Below, one piece after another: positions 8,513 to 16,356 of a DNA stretch of 36,302 nt; within the stretch, counting starts at the first letter, position 1, and each line of letters starts with the position of its first letter. The notes under the pieces are model-generated. The model saw only the letters and a program-made list of their open reading frames with translations, was not told the DNA's origin and ran no database searches. A program made the position numbers and the translations under genes. The stretch spans positions 1 to 36,302 of the forward strand of contig JBEAYS010000015.1 of NCBI GenBank assembly GCA_041170505.1. Reading direction: 5' to 3'. Origin of the DNA: Cyanobacteriota bacterium. Its GTDB lineage: Bacteria; Cyanobacteriota; Vampirovibrionia; LMEP-6097.

Positions 8513-9315
8513 AGCTTCTCTATTAACTGAACTATTTCGGTGATAGCTACTTTTAGAGCTTCTTTGCCTATGAACTCAGAAGAAAGAGAGTAATCCGCGC
8601 GCATAACTCCGTCAGGATAGTATTCTCGAAATTTAGCTGGAATGACCCATGCTGAATTTTCAGCAGAGACTTCTTTTTGAGGGCATTTATAAGATTTTGG
8701 CATGATCATAGAACCTGGTACTAGAGCCATTGTTACGCTCACTTCAGTAGGAGTGGCGTGATAACCTTCCTTTGCTCCAAAATATTTATCAATAATTTTT
8801 TTTTGCAATCCTTGCATAACCCACCAATTTATGAAGCTAAAATCCATTTCTGCGTACTCGTCAACCCGCTCAGCAAGAGCGTTTAAGAAGGGACCCTTGT
8901 TACCTCCGTGTCCATTGATCACAATTACATGTCTAAAACCATGACGTTTAAGTGAGTCTAGTACATCACAAATCAAATTTATATAAGTGGTTGGACGAAG
9001 AGCAATAGTGCCAGGAAAATCCAAATGATGCATGGCCATGCCGTAGTTAATAGGAGGTGCGCTGATTACTCCAGTTAATTCTGAAACGACGTAGGCTATT
9101 CCTGTCGCCGTGAGATGATCGATTCCCAATATGCCATCAGGTCCGTGTTGTTCGGTACTGCCAATGGGCAAAATTATAGTTTTATTTTTTTTGAGATATT
9201 TAGCTACTGTTGGTGAGCTTAAATTAGCCAAAAGATTTTTTTTGATGGCGGGATTGAGAATTTGGTCAGTGTTTATAAGAAAATTATCGAGTAATTTTTC
9301 TTGGTTTTTATTCAT
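8509..9315 (-). CDS. Creatininase-family amidohydrolase
   Basis: Motifs PIGSTEQHGP and VINGHGGN are typical of the creatininase/MftE/ArfB family. Confidence 0.85.
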   Translation of the reverse strand: MNKNQEKLLDNFLINTDQILNPAIKKNLLANLSSPTVAKYLKKNKTIILPIGSTEQHGPDGILGIDHLTATGIAYVVSELTGVISAPPINYGMAMHHLDFPGTIALRPTTYINLICDVLDSLKRHGFRHVIVINGHGGNKGPFLNALAERVDEYAEMDFSFINWWVMQGLQKKIIDKYFGAKEGYHATPTEVSVTMALVPGSMIMPKSYKCPQKEVSAENSAWVIPAKFREYYPDGVMRADYSLSSEFIGKEALKVAITEIVQLIEKL

Positions 9316-9412
9316 AGTTGATATTTTGACATAATAAATATGCTTGAATTTGTGTATTTACTTTTTTATTGGTTAACTAAGTCGATAAACGGGAATATAA
9401 TTACTAGGTAAA

Positions 9413-10924
9413 TTGCCCTTCAAATCTACTAATTTTTTATTACTATTCCTTGCCTTGTTAATTATTAGCGAGGCCCAAGTTAATGCTGAGCAATCAGAGC
9501 GTTTACAATCCCTACTCGAAAAAGCTCGTCAAAGAAAAGCAACACAAACAGAGGGAAAAGTTAATAGTACTAAGTCTTTAGAAGATTCAACGAGGGAGCT
9601 TCCTAGTCAAACTCCCACTACTCCGACTCGGGATCTGGGCTATCAAAGCACTAAAGTTTTAAGTACCGTCGATAAGACCTCAGTTTCAAAAGATGTTCAG
9701 GCTACAGTCCAAACTCCTGCTAAGCCCCCTGAAACTAGCTTGCCAAGTGCTTCACGTCCCCAAGCACCAACGAGCACGTCATCTAAACCAACTGCTGTCG
9801 TTAACCAAACTATCAAAGTTTCTCAACCACCAGTAGCTAGTAATATTTCAAATTCAAAATCTAGTTCGGTAAGTTCCAAAGTGAACGTGAAACCTAATGT
9901 TAGTACGGCTTTTAGCGCACCTAAAAATCCTTATTTGGAGTCGAGCTTATCTAAGCCTGATCCTAAGGCTGTAAAAAATACTGTGGCCGCTAATCCTACT
10001 CCAAAACCCAAAACATCTCTCCAAACTAAACGTGAAGAAAATCAAGCAAGGAAATCCACTCCCTATATTCAACGCGATGACAAGATTAAAGACGACTTTA
10101 TTACAAGTACAAGCGTCAATATTAAACAAGAAAACAAAAAGAAATCAGATGTTAAACCTACTGAGAAAAAAGATAAACAAGAATATATCAAGACGCCTAA
10201 ACTAGGATATGAAGATCAATTAGTAAAAAAACCTGATAATAAATCCAAGACTCCAAGCTTACCGGTTCTTGATTTGAGTAATTTTGATACAAGACCCAAA
10301 GGAGCTTACATCAGTACGGATATGGATGGTATTGGTGTTGCAGAAGATTCAAAAAAACAAGATGAAGAGCTCTTGACTATGTTGCAAGCCTACAAAGAAA
10401 CGGTCCGCAATGAGATAAAAGGGAATTCCAGAGAGGTTTTTACTTCTTCTAGCGTTATTGGTATAGAAGTTCCTAAACCAGCTGATACTTTGACTAATAA
10501 TAATGGAAAAAATCCAGAAAATTCGGCAAGTGAAAATGACTATTTATTGGTTCTTAAAAAGAGTCTCAAATCACTAGAAGAAGATTCATGGGCTCAAGTA
10601 AAACAAAATATGGGAGAGTCTCTTGATTATTTTGCTCGAGAAAAATCTCTTCATCCTGATGATTCTAATTTAGATCTTTATCATCGGGTGATAATGGGAT
10701 TTTCAAGGTTTGCTGAAGGTGGTCTTGAGCTTGATGAGGGTGATTTTGCGGATTTTGAAGAAGCCGAGGCTCTGTATTTGGATTGTTTAGATATTTTGGA
10801 AGATGCAAAATCTCGCATAAAAAAAGATGATGCAGTGAGTAATAGTGTAAAAAATATAATTAATTCAGTAATCAAATACACTGATGAAGAACTTGAATAT
10901 ATTGAACAAATGATAGGTTTATAA
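9413..10924 (+). CDS. Secreted protein with a long Ser/Thr/Pro/Lys-rich low-complexity region and an acidic C-terminal domain
   Basis: The start is TTG. The N-terminus is signal-like (FLLLFLALLIISEAQVNA|EQ). About 300 aa are S/T/P/K-rich, followed by an acidic helical C-terminus. I recognise no family. Confidence 0.6.
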   Translation: MPFKSTNFLLLFLALLIISEAQVNAEQSERLQSLLEKARQRKATQTEGKVNSTKSLEDSTRELPSQTPTTPTRDLGYQSTKVLSTVDKTSVSKDVQATVQTPAKPPETSLPSASRPQAPTSTSSKPTAVVNQTIKVSQPPVASNISNSKSSSVSSKVNVKPNVSTAFSAPKNPYLESSLSKPDPKAVKNTVAANPTPKPKTSLQTKREENQARKSTPYIQRDDKIKDDFITSTSVNIKQENKKKSDVKPTEKKDKQEYIKTPKLGYEDQLVKKPDNKSKTPSLPVLDLSNFDTRPKGAYISTDMDGIGVAEDSKKQDEELLTMLQAYKETVRNEIKGNSREVFTSSSVIGIEVPKPADTLTNNNGKNPENSASENDYLLVLKKSLKSLEEDSWAQVKQNMGESLDYFAREKSLHPDDSNLDLYHRVIMGFSRFAEGGLELDEGDFADFEEAEALYLDCLDILEDAKSRIKKDDAVSNSVKNIINSVIKYTDEELEYIEQMIGL

Positions 10925-10943
10925 TTGCTATAATTTAGTCACC

Positions 10944-11540
10944 ATGAGCATTTCACGTAAATCACACCAAGAGCGTAAAAGTAAAGAGACTTCTATTGAA
11001 GTGGGTATTAACCTAGATGGCTCGGCCCAAGGGGATATTAGCACTGGAGTTCATTTTTTTGATCATATGCTCGATCAGCTCAAGCGCTACGCATTTATTG
11101 ATCTAGATGTCAAAGCTCAAGGAGACCACCATATCGACGATCATCATACCGTGGAAGATACAGGAATAGTTCTTGGTAAGGCTATTAGAGAGGCTCTTGG
11201 CGAGCGCAAAGGTATAAGACGTTATGCATCAGCCCGTGTTGTAATGGATGAAGCTCTTGTGAGCTGTGATATTGATCTGGGCTCTAGAGCCTATTTGGTT
11301 TATAACGTTAGTGTCGACAAAGAGCGCATTAATACTTTTGAGACTGAGCTCTGTGTGGAGTTTTGGCGCGCTTTAGTAAATAATGCTTGCATGACAGTAC
11401 ATTTTCATAAAATTTCTGGTGTAAATTCACACCACATTATAGAAGCTAGTTTTAAAGCCTTCGCCCTTGCCTTCGATAAAGCAAAATCCATCGATCCCCG
11501 TATTGAGGGAGTAATACACAGCACAAAAGGTCTCATTTAA
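10944..11540 (+). CDS. hisB: Imidazoleglycerol-phosphate dehydratase
   Basis: The ETSIEVGINLDG, DHHIDDHHTVEDTGIVLG and SHHIIEASFKAFA motifs are present, and the length (198 aa) is typical. Confidence 0.95.
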   Translation: MSISRKSHQERKSKETSIEVGINLDGSAQGDISTGVHFFDHMLDQLKRYAFIDLDVKAQGDHHIDDHHTVEDTGIVLGKAIREALGERKGIRRYASARVVMDEALVSCDIDLGSRAYLVYNVSVDKERINTFETELCVEFWRALVNNACMTVHFHKISGVNSHHIIEASFKAFALAFDKAKSIDPRIEGVIHSTKGLI

Positions 11541-11553
11541 ATAACTGATTTTT

Positions 11554-11581
11554 TTGCAACTATTATTTTACTTGTTATAAA
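11554..11581 (+). promoter_or_regulatory. Candidate sigma70-type promoter upstream of the precursor peptide gene
   Basis: TTGCAA (11554-11559) and TATAAA (11576-11581) are separated by a 16-nt spacer. AAGGAG at 11612-11617 precedes the ATG at 11630. Confidence 0.25.
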
Positions 11582-11629
11582 ATAATCTTCGAGGGGTTGA
11601 ATAAATAAAGTAAGGAGAAACTGAAAAAA

Positions 11630-11896
11630 ATGAAAAAAACAATCAAACTTTCAAAAAAATTATTAGGGGCCGCGCTTGCTCTTGGTTTAGGAACCACGTT
11701 AGTGGCCAACGCTATGTCTACCCCGCAACCAGCAAGTGGTACTGATGCGATGCTAACCATTACTGAAATGCCGACTCATCCTACTTTACTAAGCAATGAC
11801 GATCACGAATGTGGTGAAAGTCAATGTGGTGAAGACGGTGGTGACGGCGAAGGCGGCGGTGATGAGCATGACGAAATGCTAACACCAGCTCAATAG
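11630..11896 (+). CDS. Putative RiPP precursor: Sec-signal peptide plus an acidic two-Cys (CGE-CGE) C-terminal core
   Basis: The ORF encodes 88 aa, with an AAGGAG SD upstream. The signal peptide is MKKTIKLSKKLLGAALALGLGTTLVANA|M. The tail is DDHECGESQCGEDGGDGEGGGDEHDE. It lies immediately upstream of a DUF692/DUF2063 gene pair. Confidence 0.65.
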   Translation: MKKTIKLSKKLLGAALALGLGTTLVANAMSTPQPASGTDAMLTITEMPTHPTLLSNDDHECGESQCGEDGGDGEGGGDEHDEMLTPAQ

Positions 11897-11917
11897 CTAA
11901 CTGTAATTTTTATTTCA

Positions 11918-11951
11918 TCAAGCCCGGAGCCTGTCTTTGGGCTTTTTTTTG
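11918..11951 (+). terminator. Rho-independent terminator/attenuator hairpin between the precursor and the MNIO gene
   Basis: AAGCCC (11920-11925) pairs with GGGCTT (11939-11944) and is followed by a run of 8 T ending at 11950. Confidence 0.55.
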
Positions 11952-11972
11952 GGATTATAATAAATACTAAAG

Positions 11973-12839
11973 GTGTTCAAAAAATCACATTTCAAAAATT
12001 ACGGACTAGGACTGGGCTTAAGAAAAGACCTCCGAAAGAACATCCTAGAACTTGGTTCTGGACTAATAAATTGGCTTGAAATAGTACCCGAAAACTATAT
12101 CTATCGCGGCGGAATTAACCAAAAAAACTTTCAGCAAGTTTTATCTTCTAAAATTCCTTTGATTCCTCATGGAGTTAACCTAAGTATCGGAACCGCTCCA
12201 GATGAGGGTCACAAGGTCGCTTATGATAAATATCTTCTTGAAGGCTTAAAAGATCTTTTTAGCCAAATCAAACCACCCTGGTTCTCAGACCATATATCCT
12301 GCACGAGAATAAATTCTATTTATCTCCAAGATCTAATCCCCGTACCACGCACTTTTGAAGCTGTTGAGATCATCGCAAACAATATAAAATTTTTGCAAGA
12401 TTATTTTCAATTACCATTTTTAATCGAAAACCCAAGCTATTACAGCGATCTAATAGAGCCTGAATTAAATGAAGTAGAGTTTATAAACAAGATTCTCAAA
12501 AGGTCTGATTGCGGGCTTTTGCTGGATGTAAATAATGTTTTTGTAAATGCTGTTAATCATGGCTATGATGCTCTGCGCTTTATTGATAGCCTTGATCTAG
12601 AGCGCGTTGTTCAAGTCCATATCGCTGGACATCTTGAAAATTACAAATGCTGGATAAACAACAAGGTTTTAGGGATTCTTGATACCCACGGACATCCCAT
12701 CAGAAAAGAAGTCTATGATTTACTTGCTTACGTAGCTAGTAAAACAGAAATAAAAGCGGTGCTCCTTGAGCGCGATTCAAACTTTGGGGATTTTGAAGCG
12801 ATAGTAGAAGAGTTAAGAACAATAGAGCTAATCTTATGA
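11973..12839 (+). CDS. DUF692 family / multinuclear non-heme iron oxidative enzyme (MNIO; MbnB/TglH/BufB-like)
   Basis: Conserved DUF692-type motifs are seen: GLGLGLR, HGVNLSIG, WFSDHIS, LIENPSYY, LLDVNNVFVNAVNHG, VHIAGH, LDTHGHP, LLERD. The start is GTG and is uncertain. Confidence 0.8.
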   Translation: MFKKSHFKNYGLGLGLRKDLRKNILELGSGLINWLEIVPENYIYRGGINQKNFQQVLSSKIPLIPHGVNLSIGTAPDEGHKVAYDKYLLEGLKDLFSQIKPPWFSDHISCTRINSIYLQDLIPVPRTFEAVEIIANNIKFLQDYFQLPFLIENPSYYSDLIEPELNEVEFINKILKRSDCGLLLDVNNVFVNAVNHGYDALRFIDSLDLERVVQVHIAGHLENYKCWINNKVLGILDTHGHPIRKEVYDLLAYVASKTEIKAVLLERDSNFGDFEAIVEELRTIELIL

Positions 12840-13582
12840 GCAAGTTATACCAAGTTCAACAAGAAATTTTAAATTATCTTTTAAATCGATCGACGGATTT
12901 TAAACTTTTGAATAAAGATTCTTGCGACGAGCTAGATATTTACAAAAGCTTAATTCTAAATAGCGCTGAAAAGTTCTTAGCAAGCGGGTTTCAGCATAGT
13001 TACACCTTACTAAAAAGCAAATGGCGCGAGATTATAAAATTGTATCTAGAAAATTTCCCTTCTCAATCACCAATTTATTTTATGATAGGTAAAAATTTTC
13101 CAGAATTCATAAAATCAGACCTATTTCAAAAAAAATTTTCTTATCCTGATTTTCTTGGTGAGTTAATTGAATTTGAATGGACTAAAATAGAACTTTTTAA
13201 CTCTGATGAAGATCAAAAAAATAAATCTAGTATCCTAAATCCTGTTTATAAAATTTTGAAATTTAATTACCCTATCACCCAAATAATTGCTTATCTAGCA
13301 GATGAAGATATTAGCCTTGAAGATAAAATTACAACAGAAATAGAAACTGATAGCGAAAATTTGTTTGTTTATAGAGATACCGAAAGCTTACAAATCAAAA
13401 CCTTTATGCTATCAGACAGCGTAATAGAGGTCCTAAAATATTTAGAACAAGGATTAAGCCCAGAGCAAATCACCGACTTATTATGTAATACAGAAAACTC
13501 GGGTCAAATTTCTCAAATCAAACAAGAACTTTTTTATTTATTAGAAAATTTGAAAAAACTAAATATCTTGATAAAATATTAA
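12836..13582 (+). CDS. DUF2063-like MNIO partner protein (BufC/HvfC-like), tentative
   Basis: It is translationally coupled to the MNIO gene through an ATGA overlap (12836-12839). Its size (248 aa), position and N-terminal LYQVQQEILNYLL pattern fit DUF2063 partners, but the sequence evidence is weaker than for DUF692. Confidence 0.55.
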   Translation: MSKLYQVQQEILNYLLNRSTDFKLLNKDSCDELDIYKSLILNSAEKFLASGFQHSYTLLKSKWREIIKLYLENFPSQSPIYFMIGKNFPEFIKSDLFQKKFSYPDFLGELIEFEWTKIELFNSDEDQKNKSSILNPVYKILKFNYPITQIIAYLADEDISLEDKITTEIETDSENLFVYRDTESLQIKTFMLSDSVIEVLKYLEQGLSPEQITDLLCNTENSGQISQIKQELFYLLENLKKLNILIKY

Positions 13583-13610
13583 AGTAAAGTTTGGGCCCGG
13601 GCCGGTTTTA

Positions 13611-15266
13611 ATGAATTTAGAAATTAGCAATAAAGAAAATTCTTCTAATACCAATTTGGTGGAATTTAACTTGCAGACAAAAATTAATTTTGAGCTAGAT
13701 AAATCTGCGGATAATAATTTTTATGGAATAAATTATTTATCTTATCCTGGCGTGGATAAGATAAATAATGATTGCACCAGATATCTAGAAAAAGATCTTG
13801 AAATTATTTTTGACATTGGGCAAGCCTTGCCGCAACTTAGTTTTGATTATCATAATTTATTTAATGACAACCAAACTAGTTTTAGTCAAACCCAGCAATC
13901 AAGCGGTATTCCAGCTAATTCATTTGGTAGTCTTTTGACTCATAGTTATGCTGGACAAAAAATTCTTGATAGCTTTTCTATCGCTTATATAGAAGCAAGA
14001 GCGATGAAAGAAGCTCTTCCAAAAGATTATCAAATTGATCATTTTATTATTCCTGAAGGTATTTGCCACCTTGATGTTTTAGATGATGCAATTAGAGCAT
14101 TTGGCTTTTGCAAAAACGAAATCGTTACCATGCTCATCCCAGAAAACGCCATAAAAGCATTTCGCAGAACCAGATTTAGTGGCTGGCAAATGGTAGAAAC
14201 CGCATCCAGGGAAGCTAGTATCGGCAAACTTATTCTTAAGCAACCGACAGGCACTTGTGATGAAATTACTCTTACCGAAACTGAGATTATCAATCTTGAT
14301 TCTCCTATCTATAAAGTCAAAATCGGCGAAAGATGGGTTTTAGTGGCGACACAAAAAAATGATTTTATTAACATCAATAAAACTATAAAACTTAAAATCA
14401 ATAATTCTGTCATTAGTAGTCTTAGGACGAATAACACTATCGAGCACGGCTCAGCCAAACAAGAAAGAACGGTAGAAGCCTCTCCTGGACAAGCAATCAG
14501 AGCGATTTTTGCCTTGCTGGGCAATAATTTTGATTTAGTGCCAGAAGCTCTCTTGAATTTTGAAGGCGGCTCTTGGTCATCGATCGCAACAGAAAAAACA
14601 AGTAGCGGAAGATACTGCGGCACTAATAGCATGAATGAAGTGATCAAGCATAAATGGTATCAGCATCCTGAAGTTGCTATTCCTTGGAACTACTTGGGAT
14701 TTGATTATCAGACAGATTCATCAGCTTTACCGTCAGATACTTATACTCTTAGCTTCAAAAACGCACCAGGAGTGAATCTCATCGAATGTCCGCAATACTG
14801 GAAAAAAATCCAGCAAGAATTATTGGTTTTTGTAAGCAGATTTATTTATAGAGAATTTTCTGCAATTGCAAGTAAAAAATTCTTACTCAGCACAAAAGAT
14901 CTCATACATATCACCACTAAATACCTTGCTGAACTCATCAAATCTGATTTTGATATTAAAAGCGATGAGTTCAAGTCAAGAATCGCTGAAATGAGCTGTC
15001 CAAGTGACCTTAAAGAGTTCCTAAAAATGATCGGTCACCTGCACTTAATGAACTCCTCAAAATCTGATTTTTATAGCTCCAAAAAACATCCTCAGTCGCT
15101 AGCTAGACTCAAAAACCTTTTTGAAATAGAAAAATCACTCGATAAACTCTGCCCTGCTAGCGCTAGCAGTTTTAAAACCAGAGTCAGAGCTATACTTGCC
15201 AAGGACCCTGTCACTGAGGGGGTTACGTTGTTAGAGTTGTTTAAGAATTTGCAGAATAACCCTTAA
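13611..15266 (+). CDS. Hypothetical cytoplasmic protein, 551 aa, no recognisable domain
   Basis: This is a long ORF in AT-rich DNA, on the same strand as the DUF2063-like gene and 28 nt downstream of it. It has no signal peptide, no TM segment and no motif I recognise. Confidence 0.7.
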   Translation: MNLEISNKENSSNTNLVEFNLQTKINFELDKSADNNFYGINYLSYPGVDKINNDCTRYLEKDLEIIFDIGQALPQLSFDYHNLFNDNQTSFSQTQQSSGIPANSFGSLLTHSYAGQKILDSFSIAYIEARAMKEALPKDYQIDHFIIPEGICHLDVLDDAIRAFGFCKNEIVTMLIPENAIKAFRRTRFSGWQMVETASREASIGKLILKQPTGTCDEITLTETEIINLDSPIYKVKIGERWVLVATQKNDFININKTIKLKINNSVISSLRTNNTIEHGSAKQERTVEASPGQAIRAIFALLGNNFDLVPEALLNFEGGSWSSIATEKTSSGRYCGTNSMNEVIKHKWYQHPEVAIPWNYLGFDYQTDSSALPSDTYTLSFKNAPGVNLIECPQYWKKIQQELLVFVSRFIYREFSAIASKKFLLSTKDLIHITTKYLAELIKSDFDIKSDEFKSRIAEMSCPSDLKEFLKMIGHLHLMNSSKSDFYSSKKHPQSLARLKNLFEIEKSLDKLCPASASSFKTRVRAILAKDPVTEGVTLLELFKNLQNNP

Positions 15267-16356
15267 ACCACTCCACAAATTTAACCAAGCCTTGGTCAAT
15301 AGGTGTTTGGGGATTATAGCCCAAAAGAGATTTAGGCTTAGATATATCAGCGCAAGTAATAGGCACATCACCAGGAATTGGCGGGCAATATTTAATAAGA
15401 GCTTTTTTGCCGATTTGATTTTCAAGAAGAGTAACAAGAGTGTTTACATCAGTGGTGTGGAACTCTCCTAAATTAAATATTTCAAAACCACAATCAAGAT
15501 CGATGGCTTTTAGGACGCCATCCATAATATCAGCGATATAAGTAAAATCACGCTTAGCTGAGCCATCACCATAAATTTCTATTTCTCGTCCGGTAGCAAT
15601 TAGTTTAGAGAATTTATGGATCGCCAAATCCGGTCTCTGACCGGGACCGTACACAGTAAAAAACCTCAGGCAAACACTCGGTATCTTATGAATATTATAA
15701 AAAGCATGAATCATAGCTTCGCCAGCGACCTTGGTCGCGGCGTATGGGCTAATAGGCTTAGAAATATCTTCAGTCTCTCTAAAAGGCACTACTGATCTAG
15801 ATCCATAAACAGAACTACTAGAAGCAAAAACAAATTTAGAAACTTGATAGCACTGCGCCAAATCCAAGAGATTAACAGTAGACTCACCGTTATTTTTTTG
15901 GTAAAGAATTGGATGCAAAGTAGAGGGTCTAACTCCTGCTAACGCCGCCAAATGCACTATATGAGTGATTTTGTGGTTTTCAAAAACCTGCTTGAGTGAA
16001 TTATAATCACAAAGATCTAATCCATAAAGCCTGTAGCCTGGGCTATCTAAAAAATTAACAGCTTGATTAATAGCAGGGAAGCCTTGCTGTAAATCTTGAA
16101 TAGCTGTAGATTGAAAATTTTTATAGGGGCTTATAATCTTCGCACTGAGGCGTTTTAGATCATCTACAGAAAAATACTTAGAACAGTTGCCATATTTAAT
16201 ACTGAGATCATAAAAATCATTAAAATTATCGACTCCAATAACATTAATACCTTGAGCAAGTAAGTTATTCACCAAATGCGAACCAATAAAACCAGCTGAC
16301 CCGGTCACCAAGACAGTTTTAACTGAGTTTGGGTTATTTGGCATACTGAGATTCAA
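15241..16356 (-). CDS. NAD-dependent epimerase/dehydratase (UDP-glucuronate 4-epimerase-like extended SDR)
   Basis: Motifs VTGSAGFIGSHL, SSSSVYG, YAATKVAGE (YxxxK), RFFTVYGPGQRPD and RDFTYI are present. Confidence 0.85.
   Translation of the reverse strand: MNLSMPNNPNSVKTVLVTGSAGFIGSHLVNNLLAQGINVIGVDNFNDFYDLSIKYGNCSKYFSVDDLKRLSAKIISPYKNFQSTAIQDLQQGFPAINQAVNFLDSPGYRLYGLDLCDYNSLKQVFENHKITHIVHLAALAGVRPSTLHPILYQKNNGESTVNLLDLAQCYQVSKFVFASSSSVYGSRSVVPFRETEDISKPISPYAATKVAGEAMIHAFYNIHKIPSVCLRFFTVYGPGQRPDLAIHKFSKLIATGREIEIYGDGSAKRDFTYIADIMDGVLKAIDLDCGFEIFNLGEFHTTDVNTLVTLLENQIGKKALIKYCPPIPGDVPITCADISKPKSLLGYNPQTPIDQGLVKFVEWFKGYSANS

Noticed and set aside
8509-9315. Creatininase-family gene as a possible RiPP-maturation peptidase (by analogy with MftE) for the MNIO cassette.
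   Set aside because: It lies 2.3 kb away on the opposite strand, separated by two unrelated genes (the S/T/P-rich protein gene and hisB). No operon link is visible, and family members have many other roles.
11575-11760. 61-aa ORF antisense to the precursor peptide gene.
   Set aside because: It overlaps the signal-peptide region of the better-supported plus-strand ORF, which has an SD, a signal peptide and operon context. It has no SD or motif of its own and is probably a shadow ORF.
14039-14647. Two antisense ORFs (84 and 112 aa) inside the 551-aa gene.
   Set aside because: They are fully embedded in a much longer ORF on the other strand, their sequences are low-complexity and hydrophobic, and they have no start context.
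15241-15266. Three separate 26-nt gene overlaps (15241-15266 convergent, 29905-29930 and 35096-35121 co-directional), which could suggest a shared signal.
   Set aside because: The overlapping sequences are unrelated. Two of the three depend on the ORF-caller's start choice, because alternative downstream starts exist. The equal length is most likely a coincidence.
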